Shown here: positions 28,576 to 38,147 of the stretch, one piece after another
Numbering within the stretch: position 1 is the first letter of the stretch
How the letters are laid out: each line of letters starts with the position of its first letter
Source of the DNA: Gammaproteobacteria bacterium
Lineage (GTDB): Bacteria > Pseudomonadota > Gammaproteobacteria > Eutrophobiales > Eutrophobiaceae
NCBI GenBank assembly: GCA_965221695.1
Contig: OZ244905.1
Coordinates: forward strand, 2,528,001-2,592,000
Length of the DNA: 64,000 nucleotides
Direction: 5' to 3'
Made by a program: the position numbers and the translations under genes
The notes under the pieces: model-generated
What the model saw: only the letters and a program-made list of their open reading frames with translations
Database searches by the model: none
Told to the model about the DNA's origin: nothing

Positions 28576-29433
28576 ATGAATATAAAAGGGATTTTGAAAA
28601 ATCATGGGAAGATTCTTCTCGGCATCATTTGGTTGTTCGTTATTGTGCCTGTTTCTATAGCGGCTGTCTTTTGTCTGGTTGAAGTCTCAGCTATCGATAA
28701 CAAACCTGAATTATTAAGGGGCATAGGCCTGTTTTTGCTAGGAGTAGGGATTGCGCCCCTTGGCTTGTATCTGGCATACAACCGAACCGAATCATTACAA
28801 CTCCAGACTGAAACTGAAAAGGAAAAAGCTGTTACCGATGCATTTGCAAAATCGGTTGAATTACTCGGCAATGAAAGAGAGGCAGCAAGGCAAGGTGGCA
28901 TCTATGCTTTGGGGAGGTTGGCAGACGAGAATCCGAGACTCCATCCTATGATTATGGATATTGTTGCTTCTTATGTAAGACAAGAAAGCCGGCGTTGGTA
29001 TAAAGAAAGAGAGAATGAAAAATATGGATCTGAGGCAGTAAATCGGCTCATTGACAAGAGCGAACTGATAGACCTGCTTAGTTCGGAACCCATGCCCATG
29101 GATGTCGAAGCAGCCATCGCAGTAATTAGGGAGAGAAAAGTGGAGCATGATAAAAAACCTGGAGAAGGGGAATACCTCTTAGATTTATCCAATGCTTATA
29201 TCTTCAATGCCGATTTCAGCAATACCAAACTGTCAAGGTCTAATTTCTCCGACAGCGTTTTGATGAACTGTGTTTTTGGCAAGACAGATTTATCTGAATC
29301 CAATTTTGTCGCATCTAATCTGAAGGGATCGTCCCTGTTACAAAATCAGCTCGATAGTGTTGGAGATTTTAACGACGACACAGTATTTCCAGAAGGGATA
29401 TCCCCACCAGAAAACAATGATGAGCGCCTTTAA
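28576..29433 (+). CDS. Membrane-anchored pentapeptide repeat protein
   Basis: Two N-terminal TM helices, ARQGGIYALGRLA, C-terminal (A/S)(D/N)(L/F)xx repeats; AT-rich. Confidence 0.8.
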   Translation: MNIKGILKNHGKILLGIIWLFVIVPVSIAAVFCLVEVSAIDNKPELLRGIGLFLLGVGIAPLGLYLAYNRTESLQLQTETEKEKAVTDAFAKSVELLGNEREAARQGGIYALGRLADENPRLHPMIMDIVASYVRQESRRWYKERENEKYGSEAVNRLIDKSELIDLLSSEPMPMDVEAAIAVIRERKVEHDKKPGEGEYLLDLSNAYIFNADFSNTKLSRSNFSDSVLMNCVFGKTDLSESNFVASNLKGSSLLQNQLDSVGDFNDDTVFPEGISPPENNDERL

Positions 29434-29451
29434 CGAGAGTATATCCTGATT

Positions 29452-30439
29452 TTAACAAATCAACTTGCTGCCTATTCGCAGGTTCAACTGTTGCGCAGCG
29501 TTGCCGCCGTTGACGGCGATTTCGACCAGTCCTTGTGAGTTTCCGTACCAGAACGCGCTGCCGCGGGGGACGGAAGAGAAGGTGTGCGCGTGCGGAACCG
29601 TGATGCTATTTGCCCGGATTGTCCTGTTATTGGCGAGTGTCTCGGTCCTGAGTCCGGTCATGCAATTGCCAAAGTGGTCGATGTAGACGAGCTCCTCCAG
29701 GTCGTCTGGCCAGCCATGCCGATCGTTCCAGGGAATTGTCGGGCCTATGTCCTGATTGTTCCTGAGCATGGCCACTGCCGGCGCATACAAATCCCGGCCG
29801 TGAAAGCTGGCTGACAGGGTTTCGGGTTGCCAGTCGATGCGCCGGCAATGTACGCTTGAACTGCGCCGGCACACAATATCGAACAAGCCGTTGTCCGGGC
29901 CCACATACCATTGCTTGTCCGCTTCGAGCGCCACGGGCGGGTCATCGAAACTGCCGACACTAGTACTCTTTCAACTTAATTTTGACATATTCAGCGGGTC
30001 GGGAAGTGGTTGAGCGCAAGGCGCGGCGCGCAGGGAATGGCGCGCCCTTCGCAAGCGGCGCAACGACGCGGGCGAGTGCTTCCCGGCCCGCCCGCAGGGA
30101 GCCACACAGCGACGCCAATACGGCGTTGCAGCCCTTGGCAAGGGCGCGCCATTCCCGGCGGGCTGCGCCTTGTCTTGGCGTCGCTGTGAGGCTCTGAATA
30201 TGTCAAAATTAAGTTGAAAGAGTACCAGGATCGACGACAGAGAAGAAAATCGTTCCCGGTTCTGCCGCAATGGCCTGGCTGAACGCGGCCAGCAGATATG
30301 CCGAGGCTTTCGGATTGTTACGCGGTGCGTCAGCCAGCAGGTTGACGACTTTTTCTCCCGGCACAAAACGGTGTAATACCGCTTCCACCTGTCCCAGGTA
30401 GAGGCCATTCAGCCCGTAGTCTGTGAACAGCGCGATCAT
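29452..30439 (-). pseudogene. DUF62 SAM hydroxide adenosyltransferase / chlorinase-fluorinase family gene interrupted by a MITE
   Basis: Removing 265 bp restores a 723-nt frame: MIALFTDYG...VVDPG|VGS...GPDNGL...SFHGRDLYAP...IDHFGN...EIAVNGG. Confidence 0.9.
29964..30224. mobile_element. 261-bp non-autonomous MITE, IS701-family-like ends
   Basis: Perfect 31-bp TIRs TACTCTTTCAACTTAATTTTGACATATTCAG; flanks CTAG (29960-29963) and CCAG (30225-30228); no transposase. Confidence 0.92.
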
Positions 30440-31131
30440 ACGCCGGTAACGAACTGCAATACCTTGTCCATCCAGGTGTTGATTACGCGGTATTGGGAGT
30501 CTCCAACCTCAAGTATCTGCGCCGCGTTCTGCACATAAGTGGAAGGCTGTAACTCGTCCCGACAATGTTGAACCAGGGATCGTGCGCTTGCAGGCGTAGT
30601 TTCCAGGTGAAACTGCATACCGATGACCCGCTGTCCCAGTTGGAATGCCTGGTTCTGACAAGCGACGCTTGATGCAAGCAGCGTCGCTCCTTCTGGCAGG
30701 TTGAAGGTTTCCCCATGCCAGTGAAACACGGGCAACTCCGGGGGGAACGCAAATGGCTGTCCTGCGCCGCCAGCCGCGTTCCCTACAACCGGGAACCAGC
30801 CGATTTCTTTTTCAGGGTTAGGCCGAACGGCAGCGCCCATCGCGCCGGCGATCAACTGCGCGCCGAGGCAGATACCGATTACCGCCTTGTTCATTTCGAT
30901 GGCCGCGCGGATAAACTGTTTTTCCTTTACAAGCCAGGGATACGCGTCTTCGTCATTGACACTCATTGGCCCGCCCATGATAATCAGCAGGTCGAGGCTG
31001 CTCGGCTCCGGCAGGGCCGGATCATCGAAAAACCGAGTTACCGTGACGTCCGCGCGTATCGATTGCAACCAGGTCTCGATACTGCCTAACCCCTCAAAAG
31101 GAACATGTTGCAGGTAGTGAGCTTTTATCAC
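30436..31131 (-). CDS. Type 1 glutamine amidotransferase
   Basis: GGPMSV, GICLGAQL, HWHGETF and QFHLE catalytic motifs. Confidence 0.92.
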   Translation of the reverse strand: MIKAHYLQHVPFEGLGSIETWLQSIRADVTVTRFFDDPALPEPSSLDLLIIMGGPMSVNDEDAYPWLVKEKQFIRAAIEMNKAVIGICLGAQLIAGAMGAAVRPNPEKEIGWFPVVGNAAGGAGQPFAFPPELPVFHWHGETFNLPEGATLLASSVACQNQAFQLGQRVIGMQFHLETTPASARSLVQHCRDELQPSTYVQNAAQILEVGDSQYRVINTWMDKVLQFVTGV

Positions 31132-31313
31132 ATTTTCCTCAATGGACGGAATTGAATCTCTCCCCTACTGCGCAGACATTGGCCGACGCCAACGAGCAAC
31201 GCGACGGGCGGAAACCGGATACCTGATGGCTGGATGTCACATGCCGCCAGAGAGTTTGCAATCACCTCATTATGTTATAATTTTCAACAACTACAAGACC
31301 TTTTTTCAAAGCA

Positions 31314-31535
31314 GTGAAGACCTTATATCTTGCTCGGAAGAACAACGGACCCCGCAGGGACTGGTTCCCTGTAGCACAGTTGGGAGCTGATGAAGAAGCC
31401 CGAAAAGAACAGGCAAGCTGGCAGGAGGGCTGGACTCAAGCTTGTGGCGTCTGGAAAGATCGGGAAGACATTGAGTCGTATATCGCTGACTATCGCGCTG
31501 AACTGGACGCCAGGATTGACGACCTGAAGCAGTGA
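31314..31535 (+). CDS. Small VapB-like antitoxin, possibly chimeric
   Basis: C-terminal ACGVWKDRED resembles CopG/VapB antitoxin tails; GTGA overlap with the PIN fragment. Confidence 0.45.
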   Translation: MKTLYLARKNNGPRRDWFPVAQLGADEEARKEQASWQEGWTQACGVWKDREDIESYIADYRAELDARIDDLKQ

Positions 31536-31711
31536 ACCATACCCTCCTTGATAACTGCATTGTCATCGATTATCTGCGGCAAAATGATCAGGCAGTCAGT
31601 TATATCCATGACTTGACGGCGACGGCGCAGTTATCAAGCATAACTGTCATGGAACTCTATGCGGGAATCAGGGGGCAACGAGAGGCAGCGCAAACGGGCT
31701 GGTCGACATGA
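31532..31711 (+). pseudogene. Truncated PIN-domain (VapC) toxin, N-terminal half
   Basis: Translates MNHTLLDNCIVIDYLR...SSITVMELYAG and stops after 59 aa. Confidence 0.75.
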
Positions 31712-31753
31712 TACAGTGCCAAATTACAGACTGATTTGCCTGATTTTTATAAT

Positions 31754-31935
31754 AAAGGGTCGCCCTGCGGGCGACATAGTATTTGACTGGACTCCCGCTT
31801 TCGCGGGAGTGGTATGGTGAATAGGCGATACAGTGTTCGACTGGACTCCCGCTTCCCGGCCTGCCCCTTTATGGCGTTGAGCAGGGACGGGAGTGGTACG
31901 AAGGAATGCCCTGGTCTGTGCCAATAGTTACATAC
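31754..31935. repeat. REP-like element family A (tandem variant)
   Basis: GGGTCGCCCTGCGGGCGAC and two ACTGGACTCCCGC units, ending GGAATGCCCTGGTCTGTGCCA. Confidence 0.85.
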
Positions 31936-32003
31936 ATATGTGTTTGAGCTTGCAGGTAAGCTCAAACATGATGTCTACCGCTGTCAGGAATTTGGCTTCC
32001 TCA

Positions 32004-35000
32004 TCACGAAAACTCCCATTCGCGCCAGGCGCGTAGCAATGGGAAGTACAACCCGAGATGTATGGGTCGATCATCCAGGGCGGACATGATGTTGGCGTAT
32101 TTTTCCAGTTGTGGCTGGTAGCGGTCCTGTTGCATGTCCAGGAATTGGTCGATGTCGCCGGATTCGTGGCGCGAGGTTTTGTAGTCGATGATCCAGCGTG
32201 TGCCTTGCTCATCAATGAAGGTCCGGTCGATGATGATATTGACGATGTTGCCTGCATGGACACCGCTCAATGCATATTCGTTTTTCTGTTCCTCGTGTGC
32301 GGCCAGCAGCCAGCGGCCCCTGGGGTCTTGCAGGACGCCGTTCAGCGCTTGTTCCACCCAAGCGCAGGTCGTATCCAGCTCCAGCTCGGGCACGCCCAGA
32401 CCACGCAGGGATTCTCTGAACAAGGGTTGGCGCGCGCGGATTATCGCTGAATCCCAGCGTTCAACTCCTTGCTCAGCCATCAAGCGCAAGTAATGATGCA
32501 CGACGGCGCCGGTGTGCATCAGGGCGCGCCCCGCCCACAGGTATTCGATCTTACCGTCTTGCGGCGCGCTCTCAGCGAGATCGTCATCCACCAAATGGGA
32601 CGGCGTCCATTTTGTCCTGGGTGGCGGCTCGGGTAACCGCCAGTCCGCGCGCAACCGCCGCAGGAAGATATCCCGCGCCTCAGTAAACGAACTGGGCGCG
32701 TCCGGCGGCGGATACTGCGCAGCAAGACAGTCCTCAAAATCCTGCTCCAGCGCCGGCCACAGTTGCGCCAGCAAGGTGTTGGCGGCAGGCGGTTTAAGAG
32801 CCACCGATTCATTATCCGTCTCCACTTGCACGCTGCCGATCAGATGCAGTTGTTTGCGCGCCCGGGTCACCGCGACGTAAAGCAGGCGGCCCTCCTCGTA
32901 ACGTTGTTTTTGCTTCTCCAGGTGGCTGATGAAATCATAAATGGGTGAAGCCTCCTCGTCGCTCGCCTTGATCGGCGCCAGCAGCAGGTCGGAACCTTCC
33001 GGGTAAGGGTTTTCCGACCACAGCAGCAATTGTGTTTCATCAGGCCGAAGCGGCCGGGACAGACCGGGCAGGATGACATGGTCGAATTCCAGCCCTTTGG
33101 CGCTATGAATGGTCATGACCTGCAAGCTGTCGTCCGCGCGGGTGTCGGCGCCGGCATAGAGCTCATCCACACGGCGGTGAAGTTCCTCCGGGTTGGTCAG
33201 GTCGCCGCCCTGGTCCAGTTCGTCCAACAGGCCGAAAAACCGTTCGGCGTTGCGTAAGTCGGCGGGCTGGTCCAGGGTGGCCGGGCCGCCCAGGTTAAGC
33301 CATGCGCCCTCTACCCAGCGTCTGAGCGTCGTTCTGCCCCGGCGCACCCAGGCTTCCTCGATCACGCGGCACAGGCGCTCCACGCGGCGCTGCCCGCCGG
33401 CGCTGAGTTTTGATCGCAGATGTTGATCGCGCAAGCATTGCAGGACGGTTCCATTCTCATTGCCGCCGCACAGAGCAAGGAGGTCTGCGAGGCTCAATCC
33501 ACTCCAGGGCGCGCGTAGCAACGCCAGCCAGGCCACACGGTCCGCGGGATGGTGCAGGGCGCGGGTCAGCGCCAGCAAGTCCTGGATCGCGGGACGGGTT
33601 TGTAACGGGTCCAGTTCCAGCGCGCGAAATGGTATTTCCTGCCGGGTCAGCAGGGCTGTGATAGCCTTCAGGTGGGAGCGGCTGCGCGCCAGTATCGCAA
33701 TGCTATCGGAGTTGGATGCGGCCCGGATGTTGCCAATCCGGTCCAGTACCAGTTCGGCCTCCCGCGCGTCATCCCGTTTTCCGCCATATACCAGGATCGG
33801 ATGGATGTAGGCGCCGGTTTTACCCGTCAAGGTTTTAAACGCGTTGGCCGGCGTAAAGCCGACCGCGCCGCGCGTGACATCCGCCACCTCGGGCAGCACA
33901 AGGGGGAACGTTTTGTTCACCCAATTTACCACTGCCGGGTCGGAGCGGAAGTTCACCTGGATTCTGACCGGATTGACGGGAACCTGGCCCAGACGCTGCT
34001 GCTCCCAGGTATTCAGGAACACGCCGACTTCGGCCTTGCGAAAACGATAGATGGACTGCATCGGATCGCCCACCAGGAACAGGCTGTGACCATCTTCCAT
34101 CGACCAGCCGGCTGTCAGTCTCTCCAGCAACACGTACTGGTTGATGGACACATCCTGGTATTCGTCCACCAGGATGTGGCGGATGCGGTAATCCAGGTAC
34201 AGAGCGAGATCGGTCGGTTCTTCTTCGGTTCCCAGCGCCCGCAACGCGCCCAGAGAAAGCCCGGTGTAATCCACCTGGTTACGGGCGGCGAACAACAGGT
34301 GCAACTGGGCATTGGCCAGCGTCAGCAACAGGTACAACGCTTCGAGCGCCAGCCATTGCTCGTCACTGTATTTGACCGGTGGCAGCCGTTTGATTTCCCG
34401 GAACAGTTCCAGCAGGCGCGGATTCTCGGAGAACCTTGCCAGCAAAGTCTGAAACCGCTCTTTCATATCGGCGCCGGCCTTGCCCGCCGGGAACCCGGCC
34501 CTTTTGTCCACGCCCTGGCGCCACTCGTTCTTGGTTGTCAGGCACAGGGAGACCGCATACTGCCAATACGGCAGGTCGGCAGCGTCCGGGCGGGGTAAGC
34601 CCTCTATCCTGCTGGGCGCGTTTTCCAGGTTGGCTGCCGCATAGCGGATACAATCGGCCAACTCCGGCAACGATTGCTGCGGCAAGACCGCCAGGGTAGC
34701 TTCCAGGGTGGCCTCCACGAAATGCGCCAGTGCGCGCTCCAGGTCGGCGCGATCGGGAGGTTGCCCCGTCACGTAGCGCAACCATTGATCGCGTTTTTGC
34801 AGCATCGTGACCAACATATCCCTGACCCGCGGCAGGTCGTTATCCAGGCGTTCCAGCAGGATTGCAACGGCAGCGCCTCTGTCTGCCTGTTGCCCGTCTT
34901 CCGTTGTGTCGTCCTCAAGCAGCTTCAACGTGTTTGCCGCCGCTTCCCGGTACAAGTCACTGGCGTCCTCAATAATATCCGGCTGCCCTCCCAGTTCCGA

Positions 35001-35414
35001 CAACAGTGGCATTTGTTGGGTCAGGGAAGCGCAAAAGGAATCGATGGTCTGGATTTTCAGCCGCGCCGGGTTTTGGGTGAGCCGCCAGCCAAGCTCGCTG
35101 TCTCTGGCCAGCGCCGCGGCTGCCAGCGGCGGTTTGTCGCCATCCTGGCTCGGGTCTTGCGACGCGCCGGCGCGCGCGGCCTCCGCTTCTTTCAATGCTC
35201 TGATGATCCTTTGCCGCATCTCTGCCGCAGCCTTGCGGGTGAAGGTGATGGCGATAATCTCTTCCGGCGCGCCGACCACCGCCAGCAGACGCAGGTAGCG
35301 CCTGACCAGCAACTCGGTTTTGCCCGAACCGGCCGGCGCTTGGACGATAAAAGACTGGTCCGGAGCCAGTACGCGATCCCGGTTTTGCTGATCAACAGGA
35401 CGGCCTTCAATCAT
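32004..35414 (-). CDS. addA: AddA-like UvrD helicase with C-terminal RecB-type nuclease
   Basis: QAPAGSGKT, TFTRKAA, LVDEYQD, VGDPMQSIYRFR, TIHSAKGLEF, YVAVTRAR and IDR...IIDYKT. Confidence 0.85.
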   Translation of the reverse strand: MIEGRPVDQQNRDRVLAPDQSFIVQAPAGSGKTELLVRRYLRLLAVVGAPEEIIAITFTRKAAAEMRQRIIRALKEAEAARAGASQDPSQDGDKPPLAAAALARDSELGWRLTQNPARLKIQTIDSFCASLTQQMPLLSELGGQPDIIEDASDLYREAAANTLKLLEDDTTEDGQQADRGAAVAILLERLDNDLPRVRDMLVTMLQKRDQWLRYVTGQPPDRADLERALAHFVEATLEATLAVLPQQSLPELADCIRYAAANLENAPSRIEGLPRPDAADLPYWQYAVSLCLTTKNEWRQGVDKRAGFPAGKAGADMKERFQTLLARFSENPRLLELFREIKRLPPVKYSDEQWLALEALYLLLTLANAQLHLLFAARNQVDYTGLSLGALRALGTEEEPTDLALYLDYRIRHILVDEYQDVSINQYVLLERLTAGWSMEDGHSLFLVGDPMQSIYRFRKAEVGVFLNTWEQQRLGQVPVNPVRIQVNFRSDPAVVNWVNKTFPLVLPEVADVTRGAVGFTPANAFKTLTGKTGAYIHPILVYGGKRDDAREAELVLDRIGNIRAASNSDSIAILARSRSHLKAITALLTRQEIPFRALELDPLQTRPAIQDLLALTRALHHPADRVAWLALLRAPWSGLSLADLLALCGGNENGTVLQCLRDQHLRSKLSAGGQRRVERLCRVIEEAWVRRGRTTLRRWVEGAWLNLGGPATLDQPADLRNAERFFGLLDELDQGGDLTNPEELHRRVDELYAGADTRADDSLQVMTIHSAKGLEFDHVILPGLSRPLRPDETQLLLWSENPYPEGSDLLLAPIKASDEEASPIYDFISHLEKQKQRYEEGRLLYVAVTRARKQLHLIGSVQVETDNESVALKPPAANTLLAQLWPALEQDFEDCLAAQYPPPDAPSSFTEARDIFLRRLRADWRLPEPPPRTKWTPSHLVDDDLAESAPQDGKIEYLWAGRALMHTGAVVHHYLRLMAEQGVERWDSAIIRARQPLFRESLRGLGVPELELDTTCAWVEQALNGVLQDPRGRWLLAAHEEQKNEYALSGVHAGNIVNIIIDRTFIDEQGTRWIIDYKTSRHESGDIDQFLDMQQDRYQPQLEKYANIMSALDDRPIHLGLYFPLLRAWREWEFS

Positions 35415-38127
35415 CCCGTTCTTGCTCCGTAAGTTGCGCGTTGACTTCATGAATACGGCAAAAAGGTTGCTGTTCGCACCAGTCGCAAGCACGCGGCTGC
35501 GGTGTTACGCTGGCGACGCCGCGGCTGAATTCGTCCGCCAGGTTTTCCAGCACATCGCGCCAGCGATTGAACAACTCATCCCATTCAGGCGAAGCTTCGG
35601 GCTGATCCGCGCCATCCAACAGCTTTTTTGCGAGCCTGTCCTGGGCAAATGCCATCGTATTCGGCAATATACCTTCAGCATCAGCCAGCCCATGAAAACC
35701 GAAATCCTTGCCTCGCTTGAGCCTGGCGTAGGCCAGCGCGGCCACGGGTTCGGGGTAGCTCACCGCGTAGAGCGGCAACTGCGGTTCCCGCGGGCGCTCG
35801 CCTGCCCAGGCATAGGCGCTGGCCTGTCCGCTTTTGTAATCAATGATCACGCGGCGGCCGTCTTCCAGCTCGTCAACACGGTCCAGTCTGGCGGAAAATT
35901 CCACACCTGCGATCGCGCCGTGCATCTCAGCTTCCATATCGACCACGGAAAACGGCGCCCGTTGCAATTCAAGTTGCAGCCATTCATCCAGTATCCGCGC
36001 CAGCCGGGCGCGTTCCATCGCGGCGAAGCGCTCGTTGAGGAACAGCGGATTATGTTTGCGCGAGTCCCTGATTACATCGCGCGCCAGGGTTTCGGCCAGG
36101 GTTTTCCGTTGCTCATCGGTCATGGCGGTCAGGGTTTCCTGGTTTTGCAGCCTTGACCAGGCATTTTCCATCAGCCGGTGCAACAGGATTCCACGGGCTT
36201 TTGCGTCCAGGCCGATATCCGCCTGTTCCGGTTGTCGGGCCTGCAACCGGTGCCTGGCAAAAGCCCGAAACGGGCATTGGGACTGGTCGCGGAACAACGC
36301 GGTCCCGCCGCGCTGGTCGCCGGCAACAGGCGGCGCGATGGAGTCCACAATGGTTTCCAGGGTCGCTTCTGTCCTGCTGCGGAATATCACCTGGTCATAA
36401 GTCGTCGCCAGGAATGGTTGCGCCGCCGGTTCCCCCGGCACAGAAGTGTTCGCCGAACCGGCCGGCGGCATCTGTATTTCGGAAGCCGGTTCCAGCCCCT
36501 GCAACAGCGGGCTCGCCAGCAACGGGCGGTCTGCTTCATTGCGGGCGTGGCTCAGAATGATATGCGGCGTGGACCGGACCAGCGCAGCCTGCAACGCCTC
36601 GGCCTGCTCCAGCGCCAACTCCGTATCGGCCCCCGGCATCCCGTACTGTTTCTGCAATGCGATGGGGATGAAAGGATTGGGCCTGTGGCGCGGCGGCCAG
36701 GCCTCCTCGCTCAGGCCCAGCATCCAGATGCCGTCAAAAGCCATCGCAGCCGCGCCCTGGGGGTCGACAACCTGGATCGGTGTTTCTGCGGTTTCCGGCT
36801 GGAAACCATCCTCGGCGATGCGCCGCAGTTGGGACAATGCCTCAGCCCGGGTCATTTGCGCCCTGACGACGCGCAACGAAACCAGCTTGTCCAACGCCGC
36901 GTTCCAGGCTTGCGCCTGCTGGTATTCGGCGCTGTCCAGCGGCCGCTCACCCGGCCAGCCCAGAACTTCAACAAACCGGGTAAATCCAGCCGCCCATGCC
37001 TCGGGCGACTGGCGCGCGGGCAGCTCATCAATCAGGGCACGGAGCTCGCGCAAAATGCCGCCCAGAATCGGAACGCCCGGTGTCTTACTGCCGATCAAGT
37101 GTGTCAGGTCGTCCCAGCTAATCGTAAGTTGCCCGCGGGAGCGCAATCTCTCGTCGAGCAAGGCCCGTTGCGAATATTCCGTCTGATGGCCACGGATAAA
37201 CGGTGTTCGCAGCAGAACGCCGAGGTTATCCAGGTCCAGCGGCATCTTGCCACCCAATGAGAGCAGCGAGAAGAGCACATGGATAAGCGGGTAGTCCGCC
37301 AGCGGTTGGCCTGTGGAAACGCTGAACGGCAGCGTATTGTCTGTGTTCGGGTAATACAGGTTGCCTGGCGCCAGCGTATCATCAAGGATACGGTGCAAGC
37401 GGGTTCGCAGCCGGCGCAGGTCCGGCGCGATGATGCCTACCACGCATGCCGGGTCGGCTTCTATGCACTGGCGCGCCCAGATCGCGGCGGCCCGGATCTC
37501 TTCGTCAATATCGGCAAAATCAGCCACTTGCGCCGACTCGTTCCGATCGTTGATCGGGTCAACACGCACAGTGACCCCGGAATTTCTCAAGGCTTCACAC
37601 AACAACGCCTGTTCCGGGGTTAACCTGTCGAAGCCGGCCAGGACCAGCTCACCGGCGCCTATGTCGCGCGCGTCGGCGATACCAGGCAACAGCGTGTCCA
37701 CAAGGGACGCGTGATCGATCCAGTTGTTGCGCCGGCAAATCGACTGGAATTCATCTGACCAGTCTCGGAAGGCGGCGGTATCCTTGTTCAGCGCGGTTCC
37801 GTCCGGAAATATCGGGACCCGGTATTGTTGCAGCCGCTGCCAGGCCGCGGCGGCCTGTGCCGCGACCGCTGAAGCCTGCAACAGGCTATGTTTGTGCGCG
37901 GAACCCTCGATCACCTGCTGCCAGAGAACGTTCGCCTGCCGATCGCTGAGCAAAACCTCCTTGGTTTCTGCGCGGGCCTCCCATAAGCGCAGCAACCACG
38001 CCTGCCAGGGCAATATATCGGGACTTTCCCAGGCGCGCTGCCCGCGCCGCAACTGTTCCTGGGTATGACGCAGACGCAGGCGGCGCGCAAGACGCTTATT
38101 TGCGCACAGGGTAGTCAGTCCGCGCAT
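35407..38127 (-). CDS. addB: AddB-like PD-(D/E)XK nuclease with Fe-S staple cysteines
   Basis: QCPFRAF, RLDRVD..IIDYKSG, PQLPLY and CDWCEQQPFC; overlaps addA. Confidence 0.8.
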   Translation of the reverse strand: MRGLTTLCANKRLARRLRLRHTQEQLRRGQRAWESPDILPWQAWLLRLWEARAETKEVLLSDRQANVLWQQVIEGSAHKHSLLQASAVAAQAAAAWQRLQQYRVPIFPDGTALNKDTAAFRDWSDEFQSICRRNNWIDHASLVDTLLPGIADARDIGAGELVLAGFDRLTPEQALLCEALRNSGVTVRVDPINDRNESAQVADFADIDEEIRAAAIWARQCIEADPACVVGIIAPDLRRLRTRLHRILDDTLAPGNLYYPNTDNTLPFSVSTGQPLADYPLIHVLFSLLSLGGKMPLDLDNLGVLLRTPFIRGHQTEYSQRALLDERLRSRGQLTISWDDLTHLIGSKTPGVPILGGILRELRALIDELPARQSPEAWAAGFTRFVEVLGWPGERPLDSAEYQQAQAWNAALDKLVSLRVVRAQMTRAEALSQLRRIAEDGFQPETAETPIQVVDPQGAAAMAFDGIWMLGLSEEAWPPRHRPNPFIPIALQKQYGMPGADTELALEQAEALQAALVRSTPHIILSHARNEADRPLLASPLLQGLEPASEIQMPPAGSANTSVPGEPAAQPFLATTYDQVIFRSRTEATLETIVDSIAPPVAGDQRGGTALFRDQSQCPFRAFARHRLQARQPEQADIGLDAKARGILLHRLMENAWSRLQNQETLTAMTDEQRKTLAETLARDVIRDSRKHNPLFLNERFAAMERARLARILDEWLQLELQRAPFSVVDMEAEMHGAIAGVEFSARLDRVDELEDGRRVIIDYKSGQASAYAWAGERPREPQLPLYAVSYPEPVAALAYARLKRGKDFGFHGLADAEGILPNTMAFAQDRLAKKLLDGADQPEASPEWDELFNRWRDVLENLADEFSRGVASVTPQPRACDWCEQQPFCRIHEVNAQLTEQERDD

Positions 38128-38147
38128 CGCCTGGTGAGATATCCGCG

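Noticed and set aside
29971-30408. ORFs spanning the MITE (29971-30408, 29982-30197, 29991-30206)
   Set aside because: Products of the GC-rich palindromic interior; no transposase motifs.
29452-30439. Calling the interrupted gene a true fluorinase/chlorinase
   Set aside because: Its short length (240 aa) and FHGRD motif fit the widespread DUF62 SAM hydrolases; halogenase activity cannot be inferred.
25844-31711. The two PIN fragments as halves of one split gene
   Set aside because: The C-terminal half lies upstream of the N-terminal half on the same strand, they look like different VapC subfamilies, and no shared junction sequence was seen.
31754-31935. Repeat units resembling a mini CRISPR array
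   Set aside because: Only two degenerate units belonging to a dispersed palindromic family; no regular spacers and no cas genes.
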